Origin: Phyllobates terribilis
Taxonomy: Eukaryota
Direction of reading: 5' to 3'
Assembly: GCF_046119375.1 (NCBI RefSeq)
Contig: NW_027362770.1
Location: forward strand, 180,730,001 to 180,794,000
DNA: 64,000 nt
Part shown: positions 38,771-51,537 of the stretch, one piece after another
Layout: each line of letters opens with the position of its first letter
Position numbering within the stretch: the stretch's first letter is position 1
Translations under genes and position numbers: made by a program
Notes under the pieces: model-generated
What the model was told of the DNA's origin: nothing
Databases searched by the model: none
The model's input: the letters and a program-made list of their open reading frames with translations, nothing else

Positions 38771-39721
38771 ATGGAACCCGGTGGCACCCAAGCTCCCTCG
38801 CTCTCGGACCTCTGTCATGAACTGTCCCGTCAGAGGTCCCAACAGGAGTCCATCCTGGGTCACCTGCGGAATGTCAATTCTCGCCTGGATACTCTGACTG
38901 CTCCACCAGCAACCACCGCCAGTGCCATGACTCGCAACCCGGCAGCTCCGCTGCCCACCAATACCATGGTATCCTACCCCGGACCCCGGCTTTCTGCACC
39001 TCCTCGCTTCGGAGGCGACTCTGCCCAGGCTCGGGGCTTCATAAATCAGTGCACCCTGCACTTTGAACTATTGTCCCACCAGTTTAACTCCGACCGGGCC
39101 AAAATTGCCTTCATCATGTCCCATCTCACCGGGGAGGCCCTGGCCTGGCTAAATCCTCTATGGGAGAGAGGAGACCCCCTGGTGTCCGACTTGCCTGCCT
39201 TCCTCACGGCTTTCCGGAAAGTCTTCGACGAACCCGGACGGAAGACCTCATCCGCATCATCTCTGCTACGCCTCCGTCAGGGAAGTCTCACCGTGGGCCA
39301 ATATGCCATACGGTTCCGTACCCTTGCCTCGGAGCTGGCCTGGGATAACGACGCTCTGGTATCCGTCTTCTGGGAGGGTCTGTCCGGCCGTATTAAAGAT
39401 GAACTTGCCGGTCGGGACATTCCTACTACTCTCGATGACCTAATAACTCTTGCCACCCGGATTGACCTACGGTTCCAGGAGCGTGCCAAAGAGGTCACCC
39501 GTGAGAGGAGGTTTCCACGTCTAGCTCCTACCTTTCAGAAACCCGTCACTCTCTCCATCTCTCCCCAGGTACACTCTCCTGAGTCTATGCAGGTCGACCA
39601 GACCAAGATGGTCAAAACCCGTCAGGACTTACGCCGTGCCGAGGGGAGCTGCTTCTACTGTGGCAGTAAGGAGCACCGGATCCGTGCCTGCCCAGAGAGG
39701 TCGGGAAACGCCTGTGTCTAG
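38771..39721 (+). CDS. gag: Gag of the inner chromovirus (PEG10/RTL-like capsid plus CCHC knuckle)
   Basis: Intact 316-aa ORF with CFYCGSKEHRIRAC. Confidence 0.92.
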   Translation: MEPGGTQAPSLSDLCHELSRQRSQQESILGHLRNVNSRLDTLTAPPATTASAMTRNPAAPLPTNTMVSYPGPRLSAPPRFGGDSAQARGFINQCTLHFELLSHQFNSDRAKIAFIMSHLTGEALAWLNPLWERGDPLVSDLPAFLTAFRKVFDEPGRKTSSASSLLRLRQGSLTVGQYAIRFRTLASELAWDNDALVSVFWEGLSGRIKDELAGRDIPTTLDDLITLATRIDLRFQERAKEVTRERRFPRLAPTFQKPVTLSISPQVHSPESMQVDQTKMVKTRQDLRRAEGSCFYCGSKEHRIRACPERSGNACV

Positions 39722-42700
39722 GTTCGCTCAGAGAGGTCGACCTAGACAAGAATAAATCCTCTCCATCTCTGCTGCTGTCAGTTTCAATCGTCTGCAGGGA
39801 GAACCGTTATTTCGAACTAGCCCAACTGGACTCTGGAGCAGCCGGGAATCTTATTTCACAGTCCCTGGTAGAGAAATACCGCATCCCCACCAAACCTCTG
39901 GCTGTACCCTTGTCTGTTGCTGCCGTGGATGGGGGTCTCTTACCACGCCCCATCCAACTCATCACCGAATCCATTACTCTACAGGTGGGAATGCTGCATT
40001 CTGAGAGTATCTCCTTTCATGTTCTGCCTGGACTCTCTCACGCCCTCTTGCTAGGTCTACCTTGGCTCCAGAGACATGCACCCGTGCTTGACTGGCAGAC
40101 CGGAGAAGTCCTTCGCTGGGGACAGGACTGCCATAAGACTTGTCTGGTTCCCGTCCATCCCGTCCGTCCTTCTCCTACCCCAGCTAATCTACCTGGACTT
40201 CCGATTCCTTATTGGTCTTATGCTGACGTCTTTAATAAAAAGGAAGCAGAGACACTACCCCCTCATAGACCATACGACTGCCCTATCGACCTGTTACCCG
40301 GTACTACTCCTCCCCGTGGGCGTATTTATCCATTATCCGCTGCTGAGACCCGGTCGATGTCCGAATATATTGAGGAGAATCTGGCCAGGGGATTCATCCG
40401 GAAATCTACCTCCCCGGCGGGAGCAGGCTTCTTCTTCGTAAAAAAGAAGGACGGCTCTCTCCGTCCCTGTATAGACTATAGAGGCCTTAACCAAATCACG
40501 GTGAAGAATAAGTACCCCCTTCCGCTCATTCCGGAGTTATTTGATCGTCTGAGAGGGGCTAGAATCTTCACCAAACTGGACCTCCGTGGGGCGTACAACC
40601 TGGTTCGTATCCGTCAGGGGGATGAATGGAAGACGGCATTCAACACCCGGGACGGCCACTATGAATATCTGGTAATGCCCTTTGGTCTCTGTAACGCTCC
40701 TGCCGTCTTTCAAGAGTTGGTCAATGACATCTTCCAGGACCTTCTCTTCTCCTGCGTAGTGGTGTACCTGGACGACATCTTGGTCTTCTCTCCGGATCTC
40801 CAGACTCACCGGAGGGACGTTCGTCAGGTCCTGCTCAGGCTCAGGCAGAATCACCTCTTCGCTAAATACGAGAAGTGCCTCTTTGAGCAGACCTCGCTTC
40901 CGTTTTTGGGCTACATTATTTCTCAGACCGGCCTACGAATGGATCCAGAGAAACTGTCTGCCATCGAGAAATGGCCTCGACCGGAGGAGTTGAAGGCCAT
41001 TCAGCGGTTCCTGGGCTTCGCCAACTACTACCGCCTCTTCATACCACACTTCTCTTCCCGGACTGCCCCAATTTCCGCGCTCACCCGTAAGGGTACTAAT
41101 CCCAAAGAGTGGCCGCCCGAAGCCGAGGAGGCCTTTCTTTCCTTAAAACAGGCCTTCTCTTCCGCCCCGGTGCTGCATCGCCCGGACGGCAACAAGCAGT
41201 TCTTCCTGGAAGTTGACGCCTCCTCCTCTGGAGCCGGAGCGGTACTTACTCAAAAATCATCTTCCGGGAGGATGGTAACTTGCGGCTTCTTCTCTAAACT
41301 CTTCTCCTCCTCAGAGCGCAATTATTCCATAGGAGACCGAGAGTTATCGGCCATCAAACTGGCATTGGAGGAGTGGCGTTACCTGCTCGAGGGGGCTCTT
41401 CACCCGGTAATAATTTACACGGACCACAAGAACTTGGCTTACCTCCAGCATGCCCAGAGACTTAACCCGCGCCAAGCCCGGTGGTCCTTGTTTTTTGCTC
41501 GCTTTGATTTTGTTCTTCATTTTCGCCCGGCTGACAAAAACGTCAAGGCTGACGCCTTGTCTCGATCCTTTCTGGTGTCTGATCTCGAGGAAGATCCGAA
41601 ACACATCATCGATCCCGCCAGAGTAATGCAGGTGGCTCCCGTGAGTCTAAATCGTCTCCCTCCCGGATAGACGTTCGTATCAGTACCTGATCGGGAGAAG
41701 ATCCTTCACTGGGGTCACTCGTCTAAACTGGCTGGCCATGCCGGTCAAAAAAAGACCCTCCAGCTTATTACCCGGCACTACTGGTGGCCTACCCTGCACA
41801 AGGACGTAATAGACTTTGTTTCTGCCTGTGTGTCCTGCGCCCGCAACAAGGTTCCGAGACATCTGCCAGCCGGTCGCCTCCTTCCGCTCCCAGTACCTGC
41901 TGCCCCCTGGCAGCATATAGCAATGGACTTTATAACAGACCTCCCAGTCTCTGCCGGTTGTACGGTCATTTGGGTGGTCGCTGACCGCTTCTCCAAGATG
42001 GCTCATTTCGTTCCCTTGCCAGGCCTCCCGTCTGCACCCGAGCTAGCTAAAGACTTTATTCGTCACATCTTCCGTCTTCATGGCCTGCCCCTCCACATCG
42101 TGTCGGATCGTGGGGTACAGTTCACCTCACGCTTCTGGAGAGCCACTTGTAAACTGCTAGACGTCACCCTGGACTTCTCTTCCGCTTACCACCCACAGTC
42201 CAATGGTCAAGTGGAGCGGATCAATCAGAACCTGACCAGTTACCTCCGGCACTTCGTTTATGCCCATCATTCAGACTGGGTGGATCTCCTACCATGGGCC
42301 GAGTTCTCTTATAACAATCACGAGAGCGAATCCTCCTCCAAATCCCCGTTTTTTGTAGTCTTCGGTCAGCATCCTCGGATTCCTTTTCCTGTCTCCACCT
42401 CTGTGGACAACCCGGCTGCGGAATCTCTCGTTGGCAAATTTTCCTCCATTTGGGAGAGTACCCGATCCGCACTCCTTCAGTCGTCCGAACGGATGAAAAG
42501 ACACGCTGACAAAAAACGCCTGGATCCTCCACAATTTCGTCCCGGAGATAAAGTCTGGCTCTCATCTAAATATGTCCGACTCAAGATACCTTCTTACAAG
42601 TTAGGGCCTCGATTCATCGGCCCCCTGGAGGTCATCAGTCAGATCAACCCGGTGGCCTATAAATTGAAACTCCCGGCCAACTTACGGATCCCTAACTCCT

Positions 42701-43188
42701 TCCATGTATCTCTCCTCAAACCTATGGTACTTAACTCTTTTTCCAAGTCTACAGGTACGCCTCCTGCTCCGGTTTCTGCTGAGGACGAGTTTGAGGTAGA
42801 GAACATTCTTGCCACCAAAAGGGTAAGAGGAAAGACCTTTTTTCTAGTAGATTGGAAGGGGTTTGGTCCTGAGGAGAGAACGTGGGAGCCCCGGGAGAAC
42901 ATCCATGCCCCTCTTATCCTTGCTAAATTTCTGTCTGGCCTAAAAAAGGGGGGGCCTAAAGGGGGGGGTACTGTAGCGCCGGCGTCCCTGCCCTCTGCTA
43001 GGCAGGGACGCTGTTCCCCTCACCTCCCTGCTCCGTGCCCGGCGTCCTCCTCCCGCTCTGCTGGCAGCGCGCGCTCCTTCCCGGCCACTGTGCTTAGGGC
43101 GCGCGCGCTCTCCCTCCCTCTTAAAGGGGCCGCGCGCGCCGTCCTAAGGAGTCCCCGGCCAATGGCCGGAGGACTTCACCATATATAA
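39703..43188 (+). pseudogene. pol: Pol of the inner chromovirus (PR-RT-RNaseH-IN-chromodomain), single in-frame TAG at 41668-70
   Basis: Open in the -1 frame from GGGAAAC. It contains LDSGA, YLDD, an H-H-C-C zinc finger, an rve core and FEVENIL...VDWKGFGPEERTWEP (chromodomain). ORFs 39910 and 41830 are in the same frame. Confidence 0.92.
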
Positions 43189-44119
43189 GGCACCTCCTCC
43201 AAAATGGAGGTGCCCGAGCAATGTTGTTGCACTGTTCTACTCTGCTTCAGCCCTCAGGTCCCGTTGCCAGTTACCTGCCAGTTACCTGCCAGAGTCCTGC
43301 CAGTTTGCTGTCTGTTTCCTGCCAGTTATTCCTGCTACCTGCTTGCTAGCCTGAGGTCCGACGGTCTGCCTTACAACTCCTGTCAGTCTGTCTAAGGACC
43401 AGCTTGCCAGCTCACCTGGGAGCGCACATCAGCTACCTGCCTGCTTGCTAGCCTGAGGTCCGACGGTCTGCCTTTCTACTCCTGTCAGTCTGTCTATGGA
43501 CCAGCTTGCCCGCTCACCTGGGAGCGCTCCTCCGCTACCTGCCTGCTTGCCTGCCCGGAGGCTCCGCCGTCACGTGCTGTGACCACCAGCTATTCCAGAG
43601 ACTCTTGCCCGCTCACCTGGGAGCGCTTCTCCGCTACCTGCCTGCTTGCCTGCCCGGAGGCTCCGCCGTCACGTGCTGTGACCACCAGCTATTCCAGAGA
43701 CTCTTGCCCGCTCACCTGGGAGCGCTTCTCCGCTACCTGCCTGCTTGCCTACCTGGAGGCTTCGCCGTCACGTGCTGTGACCACCTGCTATTCCAGAGAC
43801 TCTCGCTTGCTCACCTGGGAGCACACATCCTCCATCTGCCTTGCTAGCCTACCTGGAGGTTCAGCCATCACAGGTCGTACCTACCCTTTACCTAGAGACT
43901 GCCCCGGTCACTTGCTGTGACCTCCAGCCCGTTCACCCAGAGACTGCCCCGGTCACTTGCCGTGACCTCCAGCCCGTTCTTCCAGAGACTGTCCCGGTCA
44001 CTTGCCGTGACCTCCTGCCCGTACACCCAGAGACTGTCTGCCTGGTCGCCACCCGCTCCCTTACAAGGACCGCCCCCTTGTATAGTAGCTCAGAGGTTCC
44101 GCCTCCCAGACCCGTTACA
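42972..44119 (+). repeat. 3' LTR, inner chromovirus (preceded by a G-rich PPT at about 42951-42970)
   Basis: Matches the 5' LTR. Confidence 0.96.
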
Positions 44120-44124
44120 AAATG

Positions 44125-47100
44125 GAGGACTGGTGCCAGAAGCTGCACGTGGGCACAGACTCCACTTCCCCACACCAGAAACAGGGAGTCTACCGGGTGG
44201 TTCAGGAGTACGAAAGAGTCTTTAGCAAACACCCGCTAGACTTTGGGCAAGTAAAGGGGGTAGAACACCAAATCCCCACAGGAGACTATCCACCCATAAA
44301 AGAGAGATACCGGCCTGTACCCCCTGCACACTATCAGAATGCCAAGGGTATGTTGCGAGAGATGAAGGAGGCTGGGGTGATCAGGGATAGCTGTAGCCCC
44401 TGGGCAGCTCCTCTAGTTCTTGTAAAAAAGAAAGATGGCAAGATGAGGATGTGTGTAGATTATAGAAAGGTCAACAGAATAACACACAAAGATGCGCACC
44501 CGTTACCTAGGATAGAGTAGTTTTTGGCTGCACTAAAATCTGCTAACTTCTTCTCTACTTTGGATCTCACTAGCGGGTACTGGCAGGTTCCTGTAGCAGA
44601 GTCAGACAAGGAGAAGACCGCCTTCACCACCCCAATGGGTCTCAGTGAATTCAACTGTATGCCGTTCATACTCTGCAACGCACCAGTGACCTTCCAGAGG
44701 CTGATGGAGTGCTGTCTGGGGCACAGGAATTTAGAGACAGTCCTACTCTACCTGGACGATGTCATCGTATATTCCAAGACCTATGAGGACCATCTAAAGC
44801 ACCTGGCAGAGGTGTTCGATGCCCTGGCAGGCTTCGGCCTAAAGGTGAAACCCTCCAAGTGTCATCTACTGAAGCCAAAAGTACAGTACCTGGGACACAT
44901 GGTGAGTGCTGACGGAGTAGCCCCAGACCCTGACAAGATCACGGTGATTAAGGACTGGCCAAGACCCTTCAGCATAAAGGAAGTGTGGCAGTTCCTCGGG
45001 TTGGTAGGCTATTACCGAAGATTCATCTCCGGATTCACCAAAATGGCAGCCCCTATGCAGGACCTCCTGTTAGGTCAGTCAAAGACTAAAAGTCAGAATC
45101 CACCCCTTAAGTGGGACAAGCTGGAGGAGGAGTCTTTCCGCCAGCTGAAGATGGCCCTCACGGGGGATGAGATCCTGGCCTACCCTGATTACGGCCAGCC
45201 TTTTATCCTCCACACCGACGCCAGTAACGTGGGGCTAGGATCCGTACTGTCCCAGATCCAGCAGGGCAGAGAACGGGTAATTGCTTATGCTAGCAGAAAG
45301 CTGAGACCCACAGAGAGAAACCCTGAGAATTATAGCTCCTTCAAGCTAGAGTTCCTGGCAGTGGTGTGGGCAGTCACCAAACGCTTCAAGCATTACCTGG
45401 CTTCTTCTAAGTTCACTGTGTACACGGACAACAACCCGTTGACACACCTGGACACTGCAAGACTTGGTGCCCTAGAGCAGAGATGGATGGCCTGGCTGTC
45501 CAATTATTAATTTACTATCAAATACCGGACAGGGCGCGCTAATGCCAACGCAGATGCATTGTCCAGAATGCCTCACTTGCAGGACGGGGGAGAAGATCCA
45601 GAAGAACTGGAAGAAATTGAACTCCCTGAATTCCACCGTCATGGGATCGCCCAGTGTTCCCACTGCGTAAAGGAGAGGTGCTCTGCTACCACTACGTTCA
45701 ATCCCTTACCCCACCACGGCTGGGCCGAGAAGCAAGATAGTGACCCCGCAGTCCGCCTGGTGAAAGAGATGCTGACCCAGGCTGATGCCCACCTTGATCC
45801 GGATGCTCCAGAAGAGGCTAAACAGCTGTGGAAGGAGAGGAGCAAGCTGTTTCTCTATGAGGGGAGGCTGTGCCGCAGGACCGTCAACTCTCGAACACAT
45901 GAGCTGATCTGGTAGGTAGTGGTCCCAAGGCAGGATGCGGCTATGGTCCTAGAAGCATACCATGACGGCGCAGGGCACTTTGGATGGAAGAAGCTGGAGT
46001 TCCTGTTGCGTGAGCGGTTCTTCTGGGTAGGCATGAGAGGGGCTATAGAGAGATGGTGCAGAGACTGTGGCCCGTGCAACCTTAGGAGGAAGGACCGCGC
46101 CAGCCAGAAGACTCCCCTGCGGCCCATCATCACAAAGCAGCACCTTGAGCTGGTGGCCCTGGACCACGTAAAGCTGGCTCCAAGCAGATCGGGATACGTC
46201 TACGCCCTCACAATCGTAGATCACTACTCCCGGTTCCTAGTGGTGGTCCCTGTCAAAGACTTAACAGTTCAGACGGCCGCCAGAGCCTTTCAGCAGCATT
46301 TCTGCCGTCCACAAGGGTATCCATAGCAAGTGTTGACTGATCAAGGTCCAGCGTTCGAGGCTGAAGTCTTTCAGGAATTCTGCAACCTGTATGGCTGCAA
46401 GAAGACAAGGACAATGCCTTACCACCCCCAAACCAACGGGATGTGTGAGAAAATGAACCAGGTAGTAATAGACCTGCTCAAGACGTTGCCCCTGGAGGAA
46501 CGCAGCCTGTGGCCTGAGAAACTGCCGGATCTGGTGGACTTGTATAACCATATCCCAGTGGGTTCTACCAATTCCCCCCCGGCTTACCTAATGAGGGCAA
46601 GACCTGGTAAGCTGCCAATTGACCTGGAGATGGGAGTCCTGACACCTGAGGACACCTCACCAGAAGCAGACTGGGACACAGAACGACAGCAGCAGTACCG
46701 GAAAGTACAGGAGAGCGTGGAGCGAAGTCTGTCTCAAGCAAGAGAGGAACTACAACCAGCATGCTCCTGCTGCTCCCCTGGCACCTGGAGAGCAGGTCTT
46801 GAAGAGGAAGAGACGGCTCCACAAGTTGGATGACCAGTGGGAGAAAGACCCGTACACCGTACTGCCGTCAAGCCATGAAGACCCAAAGGTGTGTGTTATC
46901 AGTAAGGATGGAGGACAGACCACAGCCACTGTCTCCAGAGACCACCTGAAAAAGTGTCCCGAGCAGCTGCAAAGCGCTGATGAAGACCAAGATAGCCCTC
47001 GACCCGCAGAGGAAAGGGAGGAAATGGTCAGTACAGTGCTCGGAGGATTTCCCCGGTCCTGGACACAAATCAACAACGCCATAGTGGTACCCTTCCTTAC

Positions 47101-47413
47101 CTTCCTCCAACCAGCCCCTCAAGAGCCTGCAGAAGAGCAAGTGGCCCCGGAGGCAGAAGAGTACATACCAGCAGCCCAGGAGAATCAACCCTCTGCTAGT
47201 AGTGAACCTGCCATGCCCGTGGTGAGCCAAAGAGTACGCAGAAAGCTGCCCAACCTACCCGTTACATCTGCAAACACCTCTAGTGCAGACATGAGCACAC
47301 CCAGTACACAGGGAGTGGAAACAGGGGACCCGAGTAGAGTACCACCAGACAGTGGGTTACGTAGGTCCACCAGGAGCACTAAAGGCCAGGTACCCGCTCG
47401 CTGGAGAATCTAA
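44125..47413 (+). pseudogene. pol: RT-RNaseH-integrase of the outer Gypsy (multiple stops)
   Basis: [40 protein letters not shown]...CRDCGPC, LDHV and YHPQTNG. Stops at about 44518, 45508, 45913 and 46324. Confidence 0.9.
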
Positions 47414-47855
47414 ATGCAACGTATATATACCTGTAAATTGCAAATGTTAAAATGTTTGTTGCTTGCATACTTATTATGTTTCTCTAGTTACCCGACAGGG
47501 TTCATGGACTAACAGGTTATGGACAATGAATAACGAGAACTGTACCTTGTACATAGTTGCACCTGATAAGGTGCCCTCTTTTGAAGACGACCACAGAACA
47601 CAAAACCCGTAGAGGTGGCTGAAGACTTGGTCCAACTCCGGATCATCAAAGCCCTGTAGCCACCCCAGGGCCTACGTGGAGGGTTTGGGACGGGTCCCTC
47701 AAACTGCATCATGGGTGACAAGGACACCTGGTTACGGGAGTGCCGTGACCTAAAAAAAGACTAAACTTCTTGTAAATATGTTACTGTATTGTTATTACTT
47801 GTTGTGTTTTTGCAAAATGTTTTGTCCCAGAGTACTAAATTTCACTAGGGGAGAA

Positions 47856-48894
47856 TATGGCACCCCAGGTCTGGTCGCCACAGTGGCAGCAATGTCATGT
47901 CTAAGAGCAGGTGGGAGGTTCCCTGGTTGGGGACAATTAGCATGCAGCACCTCCTGCCTCAGTCCAGGGAGGGGAGAAACCTGCCCTTTATAAACTGGAT
48001 CTGGGGCGGGGTTAATCAGTCCAGCCAGAGAGAAGTTCCAGACAAGTCGCAGATAGGGACAGGTCAGCAGCAGGCTGAGGAGTCCCTGTAGGCAGAGGAG
48101 GAACACGAGGCCAGGAGGGGAGCTAGCAGAGCTCGTCCGGCCTAGAGACTTACAAAGCCGGACACTGGAGTCCGAGGCTGTGAGGGTTATAAGCTCAGCA
48201 GCAGAAAACCACCACGCAGGGGACTTCAAGTCCTCTGGCCCAAGGAAGCCCGGAGGCTCAGCCACAAGAGAGGGACCACTACTACCCCGGAGGGATGAGC
48301 AGTACGGAAGGCCCGAGTCGCCAGTCATACGGGTGAGAACAACACGGTACACTCAGAGACGTGGGCTACCACTACACTACAGCATGATAGCCAAGAAAGA
48401 GTGAAGTCAGCACGGTAGGCCTACAAACTCCCCCTGACCAGTAGGATTTCCCAGTTGCTCTCAGACTGACCAGGTCTCCATTGTTAACCTGTATTCCAGA
48501 CGGGTCCCTTAATACCACCAGCAGTAAAGACCCTGAATTGCATGACAGACTCCATGTGGTTACTGCTACTCCCGCGCACCATCACCACCAACATCCCTAT
48601 TTACTGCCTTGAGGCTATACTCCTCCCGTGGGGAGTTATACTACTATCTTCTGCTGCACCCACAACACCAGCCTCAGCGGTCTGCCCTGCAGCGGCGGTT
48701 CACACTGACCGCAAACCACGGGTGGCGTAGTCGGACATTTAATATCACAAAACCCTATAAATAGACTGCCATTTGGGTTGACTACCCTGAGCCACGGGAC
48801 TGGGTCCCCGCCACACGAGGACTACAACCCCCAGCATCCGCAACGGGTCCGGTTCCGGGTATCCCCACACTCACACGGCTCAGGGGGCGCGTCA
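47856..48894 (+). repeat. 3' LTR, outer Gypsy
   Basis: Follows the PPT AGGGGAGAA. The TG start is mutated to TA. A few percent diverged from the 5' LTR. Confidence 0.92.
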
Positions 48895-49089
48895 CCGGCG
48901 CGAGGCGCTCATCTCCCGGCCGGTAGCAGCGGAAGGACCGCCAGGGTCGCTGACCTACATGTGGAAGGGAGGACTGGGGAGCGTCGCTGCGGGTCGGGAT
49001 ACTTCTGCTGCGAGCGCCCGCTCATGTCACGGGTTCTCGCTGCGGAAGTACCCGCACAGGCAGCACCGCTCCCCGGTAGTCAACAAGAC

Positions 49090-51120
49090 GATTCGATGAT
49101 TGGTCGCGGTCTTCGGACCCGACCAATCACTGATCTTACCGCAAAAGTTTAACACTACTGTGCTGATTGGTCGCGAACGCTGCCCGCGACCAATCACCGA
49201 TTTGGGCGCCAAATTTAAATATCGGCCGCGACCAATCACCGATCTTGGCTCCACATTTAAACACCACTGTGCTGATTGGTCGCCGACGCTGGGCGCGACC
49301 AATCACCGATTTTGGCGCCACATTTAAATAGCATCCGCGACCAATCAGTACAGCGGTGTTTAAATGTGGAGCCAAGATCGGTGATTGGTCGCGGCCGATA
49401 TTTAAATGTGGCGCCCAAATCGGTGATTGGTCGCGGGCAGTGTCCGCGACCAATCAGCACAGCAGTGTTTAAATGTGGCGCCCAAATCGGTGATTGGTCG
49501 CGGGCAGCGTCCACGACCAATCAGCACAGCGGTGTTTACATTTTACGGCAAGATCAGTGATTGGGCGCGGCTGAAGCCCGCGACCAATCACCGATTTGTG
49601 CGCCACATTTAAATAGCGGCCGCGGCCAATCAACGATCTTGCAGACACATATAAACACCGCTGTGCTGATTGGTCGCAGACGCGATTTAAATGTGGCACC
49701 CAAATCGGTGACTGGTCGCGGGCAGCGCCCGCGAACAATCAGCGATTTTGAACAAAAATGTCCGGACCTTAGTAACACCGTGCGGTTACTGTTGGGAGAT
49801 CAGAGGCTAGCGTGTGAAGGGAGGACCGGGGAGCGGCGCTGCGGGTCGGGATACTTCTGCTGCGAGCGCCCGCTCATGTCCCGGGTTCTCGCAGCGGAAA
49901 TAACCGCACAGGCAGCGGCGCTTTCCCGTCCTCACCAATACGATTCGATGATTGGTCGCGGTCTTCGGCTGCGACCAATCACCGATTTGGGCGGTACTTT
50001 TAAATAGCGCCCGCGACCAATCACCGATCTTCCACACACATATAAACACCGCTGTGCTGGTTGGTCGCGGACACGATTGAAATGTGGCGCCCATATCGGT
50101 GATTGGTCGCGGGCAGCGTCCGCGACCAATCAGCACAGCAGTGTTTAAATGTGGCGCCCAAATCGGTGATTGGTTGTGGGCAGCGAACGCGACAAATCAG
50201 CACAGCGGTGTTTAAATTTTGCGGCAAGATCAGTGATTGGCCGCGGCCGAAGACCGCGACCAATCACCGATTTGTGCGCCACATTTAAATAGCGGCCGCA
50301 ACCAATCACCGATCTTGCAGACACATATAAACATAGCTGTGCTGATTGGTTGCGGACGCGATTTAAATGTTGCGCCCAAATCGGTGATTGGTCGCGGGCA
50401 GCGTCCACCACCAATCAGCACAGCGATGTTTAAATTTGGCGCCAAGATCGGTGATTGGTCGCGGCCGATATTTAAATGTGGTGCCCAAACTGGTGATTGG
50501 TCGCGGGCAGCGCCCGCGAACAATCAGCGATTTTGAACAAAAATGTCCGGACCTTAGTAACACCATGCGGCTACTGTTGGGAGATCAGCGGCTAGCGTGT
50601 GAAGGGAGGACCGGGGAGCGGCGCTGCGGGTTGGGATACTTCTGCTGCGAGCAGACGCTCATGTCCCGGCTTCTCAGAGCGGAAGTATCCGCACAGGCAG
50701 CGGCGCTGACCACCAAGCGGAAGGAAGGACCGGGGAGCGGCGCTGCGAGTCGGGATGCTTCTGCTGCGAGCGACCGCTCATGTCCCGGCTTCTCGGAGCG
50801 GAAGTATCCGCACAGGCTGCGGCGCTGACCTCCATGCGGAAGGGAGGACCGGGGAGCGGCGCTGCGGCTCCGGATACTTCTGCTGCGAGCAGTCGCTCAT
50901 CTCCCGGCTTCTCGCACCGGAAGTAGCCGCACAGGCAGCCGCTCCCCGGTCCTCACCAATACGATTCGCTGATTGGTCGCGCCCTCCTGCCGCGACCAAT
51001 CAGAGATTTGAACGCTAAATTCAAACACACTCCTTAGTAACATGGCGCGCGAGATTTAAAACCCGCTCCTATGATTGGTCGCTGTTGCCGCCCGCGATCA
51101 ATCACAGATTTTCACACCAA
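49090..51120. repeat. Helitron-internal palindromic CCAAT/E2F-like module array
   Basis: Same modules as 1370-2760 and 13870-14900. Confidence 0.9.
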
Positions 51121-51253
51121 ATTTAATCACGCTCTCCGGCCAATTACCGCAACATTTCAAATAGCTACGCTACCTTCGGGAGATAGCAGGGCTAACTCCG
51201 CCCATGTGGTCATGTGACTCACAAGCTGCTTATAACGTACTGAGCAGGTTTTC

Positions 51254-51537
51254 TCAGTCACACTGTGCGAGGGACTTCAGTCAGACTGTGCGAGGGACTT
51301 CAGTCAGACTGTGCGAGGGACTTCAGTCAGACTGTGCGAGGGACTTCAGTCAGACTGTGCGAGGGACTTCTGTCACACTGTGCGAGGGACTTCTGTCACA
51401 CTGTGCGAGGGACTTCTGTCACACTGTGCGATGGACTTCAGTCACACTGTGCGAGGGACTTCAGTCACACTGTGCGAGGGACTTCAGTCACACTGTGCGA
51501 GGGACTTCAGTCACACTGTGCGAGGGACTTCAGTCAG
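51254..51537 (+). repeat. 23-bp VNTR upstream of RepHel (GGGACTTCAGTCAGACTGTGCGA), about 12 copies
   Basis: Direct repeats. Only about 3 copies are present in copy 1 (13476-13555). Confidence 0.92.

Larger units (their letters stand above)
37568..44119 (+). mobile_element. Young chromodomain-bearing Gypsy (Tf1/sushi-type chromovirus) nested in the outer element
   Basis: TSD AAATG (37563-67 and 44120-24), TG...CA LTRs at 37568-38757 and 42972-44119, gag, pol and a chromodomain. Confidence 0.97.
34447..48894 (+). mobile_element. Decayed Gypsy LTR retrotransposon (outer element, tRNA-Ser PBS)
   Basis: LTRs at 34447-35482 and 47856-48894, PBS at 35488, PPT before 47856, and gag-PR-RT-RH-IN order with several stops. 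Confidence 0.93.

Noticed and set aside
46975-47005. CTGATGA hits in coding regions (about 46977 and 52941) as hammerheads
   Set aside because: There is no stem II or GAAA core downstream, and both lie within pol or RepHel coding sequence.
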